64,000 nt of DNA, taken from Chloroflexota bacterium (lineage in GTDB: Bacteria; Chloroflexota; Anaerolineae; Aggregatilineales; Phototrophicaceae). Of the stretch, positions 47,642-56,163 are shown in pieces. Position numbers and translations under genes: made by a program. Below the pieces are notes generated by a model that was given only the letters and a program-made list of their open reading frames with translations, did no database searches and had not been told where the DNA came from. Position 1 is the stretch's first letter; every line of letters starts with the position of its first letter. The stretch is taken from contig JBCBMS010000017.1 in the NCBI GenBank assembly GCA_039822165.1, positions 59,713 to 123,712 on the forward strand, given 5' to 3'.

Positions 47642-48697
47642 ATGTACACGTCGTTTCGCATTCAAAACTTCAAAGGCTTCAAAGACCTCGCGTTTAATGA
47701 GGGAGACCTCGCACGGGTGAATTTGATTGCGGGGAAGAACAACACTGGCAAAACGAGTGTACTTGAGGCGATGCTGATTCATAGTGGCAATGATTCACTC
47801 AAAGCAACTCTGAGAGCTACAGAGGGGCAAGCTGACTGGCAATCTTTGTTTCATAAATTCAACAGCGAGTCGTCAATTGACTTCTCTGCACGATTCAGGG
47901 TTGAGCAAAGCCCGGACTTAAAAAATGATCGTTATCGGCGAATTGAGAGTGAATTCTGGACGTTATCTATATTGCTTGAAGGAACAGTCGTAAAAGCTTA
48001 TCTCAATTACTCTGAACAGGCTGACCAAGAACACAATTATATTGACGTTACCAGTCGAACCGCCAGTAGTTCCAGCCTAGACATTAAGTCATATAGATTT
48101 ACAACTTTTGGTCTGATTTCTTTAGACTTCGTTTCATCAACTGAACACACAGAACTTCAACCAACAATACAACGATACAGCCGTCTTGTACGTCGAAAAG
48201 GTGGCAGTAAATTATTGACTTCAGTTCTCAAAAACCTTGATTCTAGAATTGAAAAGACCGAAATACTTGCACCGTTTGGTGAGACGATGATCTTTGTAGA
48301 TATTGGCTTAGATCAATCATTTTCTCTGTCCAGCATGGGAGAAGGTATGATAAAGATCACTAATATTGTATCTGCAATGGGCAATGCTCAGAATGGTGTA
48401 CTTCTCATAGACGAAATCGAGAACGGCCTCCACTACTCCGTGCTGCCGGATGTGTGGCGGGCCATCGACGAGGCATCGAAGCTGTTCAATGTGCAGGTGT
48501 TCGCCACCACCCACAGCTATGAGGTGATCCGTGCCGCGCATGAGGTTTTCTCGCAGGACAAAGATCTGGACGAAGAAGACTACGATTTCCGCTATCATCG
48601 CCTGGATCGACGTGTAGACAACGGTGAAATCGTACTCACTACCTATAAGCCAGACACGCTTGATTTTGCAGTGACTAAAGCGTGGGAGGTTCGGTAG
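47642..48697 (+). CDS. ABC/SMC-type ATPase (AAA_21/AAA_15-like), low-GC
   Basis: Walker A GKNNTGKTS near the N-terminus. Walker B VLLIDEIENGLH and H-loop ATTHS near the C-terminus, with a long insert between them. AT-rich codons. Confidence 0.75.
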   Translation: MYTSFRIQNFKGFKDLAFNEGDLARVNLIAGKNNTGKTSVLEAMLIHSGNDSLKATLRATEGQADWQSLFHKFNSESSIDFSARFRVEQSPDLKNDRYRRIESEFWTLSILLEGTVVKAYLNYSEQADQEHNYIDVTSRTASSSSLDIKSYRFTTFGLISLDFVSSTEHTELQPTIQRYSRLVRRKGGSKLLTSVLKNLDSRIEKTEILAPFGETMIFVDIGLDQSFSLSSMGEGMIKITNIVSAMGNAQNGVLLIDEIENGLHYSVLPDVWRAIDEASKLFNVQVFATTHSYEVIRAAHEVFSQDKDLDEEDYDFRYHRLDRRVDNGEIVLTTYKPDTLDFAVTKAWEVR

Positions 48698-49377
48698 TGG
48701 TTGTACCGGAGCGACGTCCACTCACAGATGAACCAGTAGCTTTACTTGTAGAAGGTGAACTTGACCAGAAATTTCTAATCAAACTCACCAATCAGTTGAA
48801 CCTGCCTGCCAAATTATGGATTGAGTATGTTGATGGTGTTAAAAATTTTGGTAAGGGTGTAGCAAATGTAGTAAATAACCCCGCCTACCGCAACCGATCT
48901 CTAAAGATTCTTGTCATCCTGGGTGATGCTGATGATGACCCAACCAATGCGCTTGATGTGGCACGAAACGCGCTGATAGGCAACGGATTCAAACCACACG
49001 AAAACGCAGGTGCGCTGGGTGAAGCAAATCGTTATGGCGTTCGCTCCGGCGTCTATATTTTTCCGAGTGCAACCGATCAGGGTTATGTGGAAGACCTGTT
49101 CATCAAGGGGTTGATGACAGAACCAGACGACGTAATGGCCTGTGTTGAGGATGTCCAACAAACGCTGCTGGATTGTCTATTCGGTGCTGGTCGGCCCATC
49201 AAGCCACATGAAGTCTCGAAATTTAAGATGGAGCTATTTGTGCTGGCTCGCCGGGGAAAGTTACCAACAAGGGCACTGCATGAGATCATGTTCAATGAAG
49301 ACTGGTTTCCCTGGGATAGTGGCGCATTTGATGATATAAAGCAGTTTTTACACATGCTTGCAAATGCGGTGAAATAA
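48697..49377 (+). CDS. Toprim-like (DUF4276-like) protein, translationally coupled to the ATPase
   Basis: Conserved Glu in LLVEGELD and a DxD cluster in ILGDADDDP (Toprim hallmarks). GTG start overlaps the ATPase stop (TAGTG), with GGGAGGT 7 nt upstream. Confidence 0.55.
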   Translation: MVVPERRPLTDEPVALLVEGELDQKFLIKLTNQLNLPAKLWIEYVDGVKNFGKGVANVVNNPAYRNRSLKILVILGDADDDPTNALDVARNALIGNGFKPHENAGALGEANRYGVRSGVYIFPSATDQGYVEDLFIKGLMTEPDDVMACVEDVQQTLLDCLFGAGRPIKPHEVSKFKMELFVLARRGKLPTRALHEIMFNEDWFPWDSGAFDDIKQFLHMLANAVK

Positions 49378-49381
49378 TATT

Positions 49382-50581
49382 ATGAGCCTGACACACCACA
49401 ACTCCGACACGCACACAGACGCCCCCACACGCCCCCACGACCCGACATCGGTTGGCGTGGTGAAGCTGCAAACGGCGTTCTTTGACGAAACGCTGGTACT
49501 CAGCAGCGGCAGCGAACTGAAACACTTCACGCTGGCGTATGAGACGTATGGGCGCCTGAATATTGACCGCACCAACGCGATTCTCATCTGCCATGCTCTC
49601 AGTGGCGATGCCCATGTGGCCGGTTACTACACGGATAACCCGGAGGAAAAACCGGGCTGGTGGGATGACGCGGTGGGGCCGGGGAAGCTGTTCGATACAA
49701 ATAAGTTTTTTGTGGTGTGCAGCAATGTGCTGGGCGGTTGCATGGGCAGCACCGGCCCCACCTCCCTGCACCCGGACGACGGCAAGCCCTATGGCATGCG
49801 CTTCCCGGTAGTGACCATCCAGGACATGGTGAAGGCACAGACGCGCCTGATGGATCGTATGGGCATCAAGAAACTGTTCGCAGTCGCCGGTGGCAGTATG
49901 GGCGGCATGCAGGCGCTGGAGTGGACGGTCGCGCACCCGCAGCGGGTGGCCAACTGCCTGTTCATCGCCTCCACGCCAATTGCGTCTGCACAGCAGATTG
50001 CGTTCAACGAGATCGGGCGACAGGCCATCTACGCTGACCCGAACTGGAACAACGGCGATTACTACGGCAGGGCCACACCCGATGGGGGTCTGGGTGTCGC
50101 GCGGATGGTAGGGCATATCACCTACATGAGCGAAACGTCTCTGGATCACAAGTTCGGGCGGCGCTTGCAGGATCGGCAGCAGCTTGGCTACAACTTCCAG
50201 ACGGACTTCGCGATAGAGAGCTACCTGAGCTACCAGGGCAAAAAGTTCGTGCAGCGCTTTGACGCCAACAGCTACCTGTTCGTGACGAAAGCACTGGATT
50301 ACTACGATGTGAGCGAGCATTACGGCGGCATCGAGGAAGCCGTAATGCGGGCCAGAGCGTCTTTCCTGATCGTCAGCTTCAGCAGTGACTGGCTCTACCC
50401 GAAGCATCACCATGACGAACTGGCCGGGGCGCTGCGCGGTGCAGGCAAAGAAGTTGAGCAGCATCACATCGAAGCCGAGTTCGGCCACGACAGCTTTCTG
50501 GTAGAGGTAGAGACGATGGCACGGCTGGTCGGCGGGTATTTAAACCAGAAGTGGGAGGATTTCACGCAGCACCGCCGGTAG
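49382..50581 (+). CDS. metX: homoserine O-acetyltransferase
   Basis: Alpha/beta hydrolase fold with GGSMGGMQALEW nucleophile elbow and C-terminal His. Carries a ~25-aa His/Thr-rich N-terminal extension if the first ATG is used. Confidence 0.9.
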   Translation: MSLTHHNSDTHTDAPTRPHDPTSVGVVKLQTAFFDETLVLSSGSELKHFTLAYETYGRLNIDRTNAILICHALSGDAHVAGYYTDNPEEKPGWWDDAVGPGKLFDTNKFFVVCSNVLGGCMGSTGPTSLHPDDGKPYGMRFPVVTIQDMVKAQTRLMDRMGIKKLFAVAGGSMGGMQALEWTVAHPQRVANCLFIASTPIASAQQIAFNEIGRQAIYADPNWNNGDYYGRATPDGGLGVARMVGHITYMSETSLDHKFGRRLQDRQQLGYNFQTDFAIESYLSYQGKKFVQRFDANSYLFVTKALDYYDVSEHYGGIEEAVMRARASFLIVSFSSDWLYPKHHHDELAGALRGAGKEVEQHHIEAEFGHDSFLVEVETMARLVGGYLNQKWEDFTQHRR

Positions 50582-50714
50582 CGCCACAAAACTAACACAA
50601 CTCATAAAAAGATTTTTACAGATGCGGGTAAGTTTTATTTGAGGACACCGCGTCAATTTAGTCCAGACGATGAATTGCAGGCAACAGACCTGCCACACAG
50701 GGAGAAACAAGAAG

Positions 50715-50987
50715 ATGGCAAGTATTAAAATTCCAACCCCGCTGCGCCAGTACACCGGCGGCGAAGCAAAAATCGAAGTGCAGGGCACAACCGTGGGTGC
50801 CGCGCTGGATAGCCTGGTGGAGCAGTACCCGGATCTGAAGCAGCACATCTACGAAGATGACAGGCTGCGCTCATTCGTGAACGTCTTCCTCGGCGAAGAG
50901 GATGTGCGCTTCCTCGACGGCGTGAACACAGAAATCGACCCGGATGACAAACTGCGCATTATTCCGAGCATTGCGGGCGGTCGCTAA
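50715..50987 (+). CDS. MoaD/ThiS-family sulfur-carrier protein (HcyS/CysO/QbsE-like) ending ...SIAGGR
   Basis: 90-aa beta-grasp-sized protein. C-terminal Gly-Gly is followed by a single Arg. GGGAGA SD upstream. Confidence 0.7.
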   Translation: MASIKIPTPLRQYTGGEAKIEVQGTTVGAALDSLVEQYPDLKQHIYEDDRLRSFVNVFLGEEDVRFLDGVNTEIDPDDKLRIIPSIAGGR

Positions 50988-50989
50988 CG

Positions 50990-51451
50990 ATGACTGAAGC
51001 ACAGCATGTCATTGACCAGACCGGACTCAAAACCGGGCAGGCGACCACCATCATCCTGCTGCTGGCGGCCTTCGTGATGGGCGAGAGCGCATGGTGGCTG
51101 GTGGCATTTGTCGCACTGGCCCAATTGCTGGGCGCACTCGGATTGCCGTTCGCACCGTTCCGCCTGCTGTACATGGCGCTCAAGCGCACTGGCTTATTGA
51201 AGCCGAACCCGCAGCCCGATCATCACGAGCCGCACCGCTTTGCACTCGCCGTTGGCACCGTCTTTAATGCAGTTGGCGCGTTCGCGCTGGTGAGCGGCGC
51301 AGTTATGTTCGGGTGGGTGCTGGTCTGGATTGTGATTGTGCTGGCCAACCTGAACTTCTGGATCAGCTTCTGCCTCGGCTGCTGGTTCTACTATCGCCTG
51401 AGCAGCCTCGGTGTACCGGGGTTCACGCAATCACCCATTCAAAACGCATAA
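50990..51451 (+). CDS. DUF4395-like integral membrane protein
   Basis: Four TM helices. Start overlaps the carrier stop region. Confidence 0.5.
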   Translation: MTEAQHVIDQTGLKTGQATTIILLLAAFVMGESAWWLVAFVALAQLLGALGLPFAPFRLLYMALKRTGLLKPNPQPDHHEPHRFALAVGTVFNAVGAFALVSGAVMFGWVLVWIVIVLANLNFWISFCLGCWFYYRLSSLGVPGFTQSPIQNA

Positions 51452-51453
51452 CC

Positions 51454-51478
51454 GTAGGGGCGAGGCCATGCCTCGCCC
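51454..51478. repeat. REP-like palindrome
   Basis: GTAGGGGCGAGGCCATGCCTCGCCC (GGGCGAGGC-CAT-GCCTCGCCC). Confidence 0.75.
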
Positions 51479-51519
51479 GATAAACGTAAAATAATGTATC
51501 CCATCAGGAGGTAACACAC

Positions 51520-51924
51520 ATGCTGGAACGTCTGGGAATCGCAGTTGCAGTGCTGGCCATGATCTACTTCGGGTATCAGCTTGTGCGATGTTACAGCCTG
51601 TGGCGTGCGGCGAAGCAGGCTCCGGCAGACCCGCTGCTGAAAAACCTGCGCCGGGGCATCCCGGCAGTGCTGTACTTCACCACGCCGACCTGTGCGCCGT
51701 GTAAATATGCGCAGCGTCCGGCACTGCACAAACTGCAAACCCAACTGGGCGACAGCGTGCAGGTGATCCAGATAGATGCGACCGAAGACCCGGACGCCGC
51801 CTCCCGGTGGAATGTGCAAACCGTCCCGACGACGTACATTCTGAACGGCGACGGCAAACCCGAACACGTCAATCATGGCGTGGCAGATATTAACAAGCTG
51901 ATGCAGCAAATCAAAATCGCGTAG
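51520..51924 (+). CDS. membrane-anchored thioredoxin-family protein
   Basis: N-terminal TM helix and a CxxC active site (TCAPCK). AGGAGG SD upstream. Confidence 0.75.
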   Translation: MLERLGIAVAVLAMIYFGYQLVRCYSLWRAAKQAPADPLLKNLRRGIPAVLYFTTPTCAPCKYAQRPALHKLQTQLGDSVQVIQIDATEDPDAASRWNVQTVPTTYILNGDGKPEHVNHGVADINKLMQQIKIA

Positions 51925-51950
51925 AAATTCAGATGACTCCATGACTGCCT

Positions 51951-51979
51951 GTAGGGGCGCAAACACGCTGTGCCCCTAC
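51951..51979. repeat. REP-like palindrome
   Basis: GTAGGGGCGCAAACACGCTGTGCCCCTAC. Confidence 0.7.
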
Positions 51980-52024
51980 CAATATGGAGACAACACCGTA
52001 AACAACAATCAACAGGAAACACAC

Positions 52025-53281
52025 ATGGAACCGTTAGTAAAAGAACGCGCAGAACTCAGCAAAGAGGAAATCGAGCGCTTTAGCCGTCACCTCATCCTGC
52101 CAAGCGTGGGCCGTGAAGGCCAGGAACGCCTGAAGGCATCTTCCGTGCTGATTATCGGCACTGGCGGACTCGGCAGCCCGCTGGCCCTGTATCTGGCCGC
52201 CGCCGGAGTCGGGCGCATCGGCCTGGTGGACTATGACGTGGTGGACGAGAGCAACCTGCAACGCCAGGTGATCCATGGGCAGAGTACCGTGGGCATGTCC
52301 AAGCTGGATAGCGCCGAGAAGCGCCTGAAAGACCTGAACCCGAATGTTCAGATCGACAAGTACAACGTGCCGCTCGTGAGCGACAACGCACTGGAAATCA
52401 TGGAGCCGTACGATGTCATCGTGGACGGTACGGACAACTTTCCGACGCGCTATCTGGTAAACGACGCCAGCGTAAAGCTCGGTAAACCGAACGTCTACGG
52501 CAGCATCTTCCGCTTTGAAGGCCAGGTGAGCGTCTTCTGGGGTGAGCATGGCCCATGCTACCGCTGTATGTTCCCCTCCCCGCCACCGCCGGGGCTGGTT
52601 CCCAACTGTGCCGAGGGTGGTGTACTGGGCATTCTGCCGGGAACCGTGGGCACCATGCAGGCCACCGAAGTGATTAAGCTGATCGTAGGCACTGGCGAAC
52701 CGCTCATCGGCAAGATGCTGCTCTACGATGCGCAGGACATGGACTTCACGAAGATCAACGTGCGCAAAGACCCGAACTGCCCGGTTTGCAGCATCCCGGC
52801 AGAAGAAGTTGAACTTATCGACTACGAGCAGTTCTGTGGTATGCCGGCCCACGATAAGAGCGATTTTAACAGCCTGGAAGAACTGACGGGCGTGCTGAAT
52901 AGCTTCGATACGTCTGACGGTGAGATCACTGTAAAGGAACTGAAGGCCCGCCTGGATGCTGGCGAAGACCTGTACGTGCTGGATGTGCGCAACCCGGTTG
53001 AGTGGGAAATTGCCGCGCTGGATGGCACCGTTCGCATTCCAAAGCCGGACATCGAAAGGGCACGGCTTGCCATTGAGCAGGGCCGCGCCGACCTGGCCGA
53101 TACGGTCATTGCAGAAATCCCGAACGACCGCGAGGTTATCGTCCACTGCCGCAGTGGTGTGCGCAGTGCAGATACCATCGAGATCCTGAAGGCGCTGGGC
53201 TACACCAACAAACTCGTCAACCTCAAGGGGGGCATCCTCGCCTGGGCAGACGAGATCGACAACGCGATGCCGACATACTAG
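52025..53281 (+). CDS. ThiF/MoeB-family E1-like adenylyltransferase fused to C-terminal rhodanese (MoeZ/HcyF-like)
   Basis: Nucleotide-binding GTGGLGS. Zn-binding CYRC...CPVC. C-terminal rhodanese with active-site Cys (HCRSGVRS). Confidence 0.85.
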   Translation: MEPLVKERAELSKEEIERFSRHLILPSVGREGQERLKASSVLIIGTGGLGSPLALYLAAAGVGRIGLVDYDVVDESNLQRQVIHGQSTVGMSKLDSAEKRLKDLNPNVQIDKYNVPLVSDNALEIMEPYDVIVDGTDNFPTRYLVNDASVKLGKPNVYGSIFRFEGQVSVFWGEHGPCYRCMFPSPPPPGLVPNCAEGGVLGILPGTVGTMQATEVIKLIVGTGEPLIGKMLLYDAQDMDFTKINVRKDPNCPVCSIPAEEVELIDYEQFCGMPAHDKSDFNSLEELTGVLNSFDTSDGEITVKELKARLDAGEDLYVLDVRNPVEWEIAALDGTVRIPKPDIERARLAIEQGRADLADTVIAEIPNDREVIVHCRSGVRSADTIEILKALGYTNKLVNLKGGILAWADEIDNAMPTY

Positions 53282-53300
53282 CAGCGCACTGTAGTGGCTG

Positions 53301-53330
53301 GCGGAGTGTGAAAGCTCACACTCCGCTTTT
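53301..53330 (+). terminator. intrinsic terminator after the MoeZ-like gene
   Basis: GCGGAGTGTGA-aagc-TCACACTCCGC followed by TTTT. Confidence 0.8.
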
Positions 53331-53455
53331 GGTACTGTAGGGTTATTGTTAATAAGTAGTTCCGAATTACGTAAAATTTAGCCTGTTTTTGCGGCTCTGC
53401 TGGTAAAATAGAATGAGAAGCATTTTACACTGACGATACAGAGGCACAAACAGCC

Positions 53456-54178
53456 ATGCCTGTACTCTTACTGGCACGCGGCGACAAAGACGCCCGTGAA
53501 CTCTTAAAACGAGCAATTGAAGCACGCTATGGGCACCGCCCCCCGGCGTTCGATACGCTGCGCATTGACTTCAACGGGCGGGCCAACACAAAAATCGGGC
53601 CGCTTTCTACATGGGTACCGGTAGAACTGACCACACAGTTTTTGCTGCCCAACGCCATGCGCTGGGATTTCGTGGCGAAGCCGGTAGGTGTGCCGCTGCG
53701 GCGTGGGACTGAAAGCTATGATGGCAAGGTGCTGCGGTCACTGCGGGGCACGGGCAAACCCGATGTCATCAGCGAACAGGAACGGGTAGACAGCGCCCGC
53801 CGCAGGCTCTGGGCCATTGCCGCGCTGCTGCTAACCCCGCTGGGTGACCACTTTGTGGAGCTTTCTACTGTAGATGACCTGGTGTTCAAAGCGAAGAACA
53901 CACAGATTGACACCGACGTAGAGATTCACCTGAAGCCCAATTTCTGGATTGATTTCGTCACGGTGACGTGCCTGAACCCGGATAATAACCGCGTGGAACA
54001 GTTGAAGATCACCGCACAGCAAAAGCTGATTGAAAAAGACGACCTGCTGCTGCCAGAGAAAATCACCATGCTCTGGAACGACAAACCGAGCGTGGAACTG
54101 GAACCGCAGGAAGCCCGCAACAATCCCGAAATCCCCATGACGGTGTTCACGCTGAACGCCGGGGCCGCCACAGAATAA
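53456..54178 (+). CDS. hypothetical protein
   Basis: 240-aa ORF followed by a hairpin plus T-tract (54184-54210). No motif recognised. Confidence 0.4.
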   Translation: MPVLLLARGDKDARELLKRAIEARYGHRPPAFDTLRIDFNGRANTKIGPLSTWVPVELTTQFLLPNAMRWDFVAKPVGVPLRRGTESYDGKVLRSLRGTGKPDVISEQERVDSARRRLWAIAALLLTPLGDHFVELSTVDDLVFKAKNTQIDTDVEIHLKPNFWIDFVTVTCLNPDNNRVEQLKITAQQKLIEKDDLLLPEKITMLWNDKPSVELEPQEARNNPEIPMTVFTLNAGAATE

Positions 54179-54234
54179 AAAACACCGGGTACATTGCCCG
54201 GTGCTTTACTCAGCTCTCGTCTGAACCAGGGTAT

Positions 54235-54786
54235 TTAATACATACCCTGCTGCTGTGCCGTCAGCTTGATGTATTCCTTGTCCGGCATCGGCTTCTGTGT
54301 CTCGTCATACACATGGAAGCCGCGCTTCTGGTAGTTTTCCAGCGCGTGGGGGCCATCCAGGTTACAGGTGTTCAAAATCACCTCCGACGCACCATCCACA
54401 AAAGACTGTTCGACGCCAAAACTCAGCAGATGCTTGCCCAGGCCCATGCCCCAGTACTCTTCACGCAGGCCAAAGTAAACGATCTCAGTGGCTTCTTCGC
54501 TGCGCACGGCCAGTTCAATGTAACCGGCGGGAGCGCCCTCGAAGTACAGCACATACATGCTCATGCCAGGTTCATCCAATATAGCGCGAAGTTCGTCGTC
54601 GTCCAGCAGCAGGCGATCCGTCCAGTTCCACCTTGCACCCACGGTGTTGTACATAAAACGGTAGTAGCGCACGTCAGAAACGTGAAGCTGCTCGATGGTC
54701 ATACGGTCGTCAGTGACATAGCCGGGTTTGAAGTCTTCCGGGTACAGCCGTAAATACTTCGTGATGAGAATGTCTGGCAGAGCCAT
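54235..54786 (-). CDS. GNAT family N-acetyltransferase
   Basis: Acetyl-CoA-binding motif (GMGLGKHLL). GNAT fold length. Confidence 0.7.
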   Translation of the reverse strand: MALPDILITKYLRLYPEDFKPGYVTDDRMTIEQLHVSDVRYYRFMYNTVGARWNWTDRLLLDDDELRAILDEPGMSMYVLYFEGAPAGYIELAVRSEEATEIVYFGLREEYWGMGLGKHLLSFGVEQSFVDGASEVILNTCNLDGPHALENYQKRGFHVYDETQKPMPDKEYIKLTAQQQGMY

Positions 54787-55010
54787 TGGCAAGGTTTACC
54801 TGAATTATTTTGCACAGTTACACGATAGTATAATCATATCAGAGGGGATGATACCCTTGCTTTGTACAGACCCTCTAAAAATTTGCCCGCTCTCAGGGTC
54901 AATCTATACAGGGGCAGGTGTTTTAAGATTTCTACAGAATCTTGCGTAGGCGTGGCGATGTTCCGGGTTATAATGAACATCAGTGGTGGAAAGTAGAAAG
55001 CCTTCCTGTT

Positions 55011-55412
55011 ATGCCTGACGTGCCAGATAACAAACCCGAACAGCCAGAAAATCCCGGTAGTGACGACAATACAGAAAACTCCTTCGAGACCGACATCCTC
55101 AGCCGCCTGCGCGACATCCCACGCTCAAAATCGCCGTTCCAGGCCCGCCAGGAAGACCCCGACCCCGAACCCGACGAGGAGTTCTGGGCGATCTTCTCGA
55201 TGATTACACACACGGGGGAACGTTTCGTAATTAATGCGTGCTTCCGTAACACGCAGCACTACAACGCAGAAATGCACAAGTTCGAAACCGCCAAGAACGT
55301 GCATGTCGTGTTGAAGGATGTAAATGGTGAAAGCATCGTCATCAAGCGCGATATGCTGCTGCATGTGCTGCCCAGCGGCCAGCAGGAAGTACCAGACAAG
55401 AAAAGCTGGTAA
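55011..55412 (+). CDS. hypothetical protein with acidic N-terminus
   Basis: ORF (alternative start 54942). No motif recognised. Confidence 0.3.
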   Translation: MPDVPDNKPEQPENPGSDDNTENSFETDILSRLRDIPRSKSPFQARQEDPDPEPDEEFWAIFSMITHTGERFVINACFRNTQHYNAEMHKFETAKNVHVVLKDVNGESIVIKRDMLLHVLPSGQQEVPDKKSW

Positions 55413-55414
55413 TG

Positions 55415-56020
55415 CTATGGGGCCACGCTGCGCCGGAACATTTCCGGCAGAAGATCGATGATGTCTTCGGTACTGACACTCCAATCGTGAATCACGTCTG
55501 GCCCCTTTAAGACATCCAGAACCGCAAACATCGAACTCAAAACCACGACGCGCGGCAGTTCAAGACGGATGCTGCCTTCCTCTTTGGCGGTGTCGATTAG
55601 ATTGTACATCTGATCCTTGATACGAATCATGATCTCACGCATTTCGAGGTTGTTGTCTGTTAGATGCTGCAACGTGGTGGCCGCGTCCTGCACGATGGAA
55701 AGTGAAAACCGCTCCGGGTCGGCCTGCCCCTTCAGCATATAGCGCAAAATCTGCACCAGCCCGTCTATGGCGCTTTCGGTTTGCAGGTCTTTAATGTACT
55801 GCTCCATCTCCAGCATCGTCTGGATCATGGTTTTTGCAACCATGTCGTCTTTACCTTTGAAGTGCTGGTAGAGTGTCGGCTTGGAAATCCCGACTTCTTC
55901 CGCAAGGTCATCCATATTGAGGTTCACATACCCGTGATCGCGGATCATGCGGGCGGCAGTACGAAGGATTTCCTGCTCACGACGCAGGCGGGCACGCTCT
56001 TTGTAGGAGAGTTTTGACAT
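55415..56020 (-). CDS. TetR/AcrR family transcriptional regulator
   Basis: HTH MDDLAEEVGISKPTLYQHFKGKD. Confidence 0.8.
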   Translation of the reverse strand: MSKLSYKERARLRREQEILRTAARMIRDHGYVNLNMDDLAEEVGISKPTLYQHFKGKDDMVAKTMIQTMLEMEQYIKDLQTESAIDGLVQILRYMLKGQADPERFSLSIVQDAATTLQHLTDNNLEMREIMIRIKDQMYNLIDTAKEEGSIRLELPRVVVLSSMFAVLDVLKGPDVIHDWSVSTEDIIDLLPEMFRRSVAP

Positions 56021-56163
56021 GGGTGGGAGTGGCTACCTGTACGATAAGAAAATTACTGACGCGTTCAGGAAGTATACTTCAGGTGTAGCCACTTCCGTGC
56101 CGCGCCAGGGCCTCTTCTATAATGATGCTCATCCTCGAGGCGCTGGCGGGCACGTTCTGCCAG

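Noticed and set aside
50582-50714. Possible second riboswitch in the 130-nt gap upstream of the sulfur-carrier gene
   Set aside because: Only a short GGCA…TGCC stem, no U-tract and no recognisable riboswitch consensus. More likely an internal promoter or spacer.
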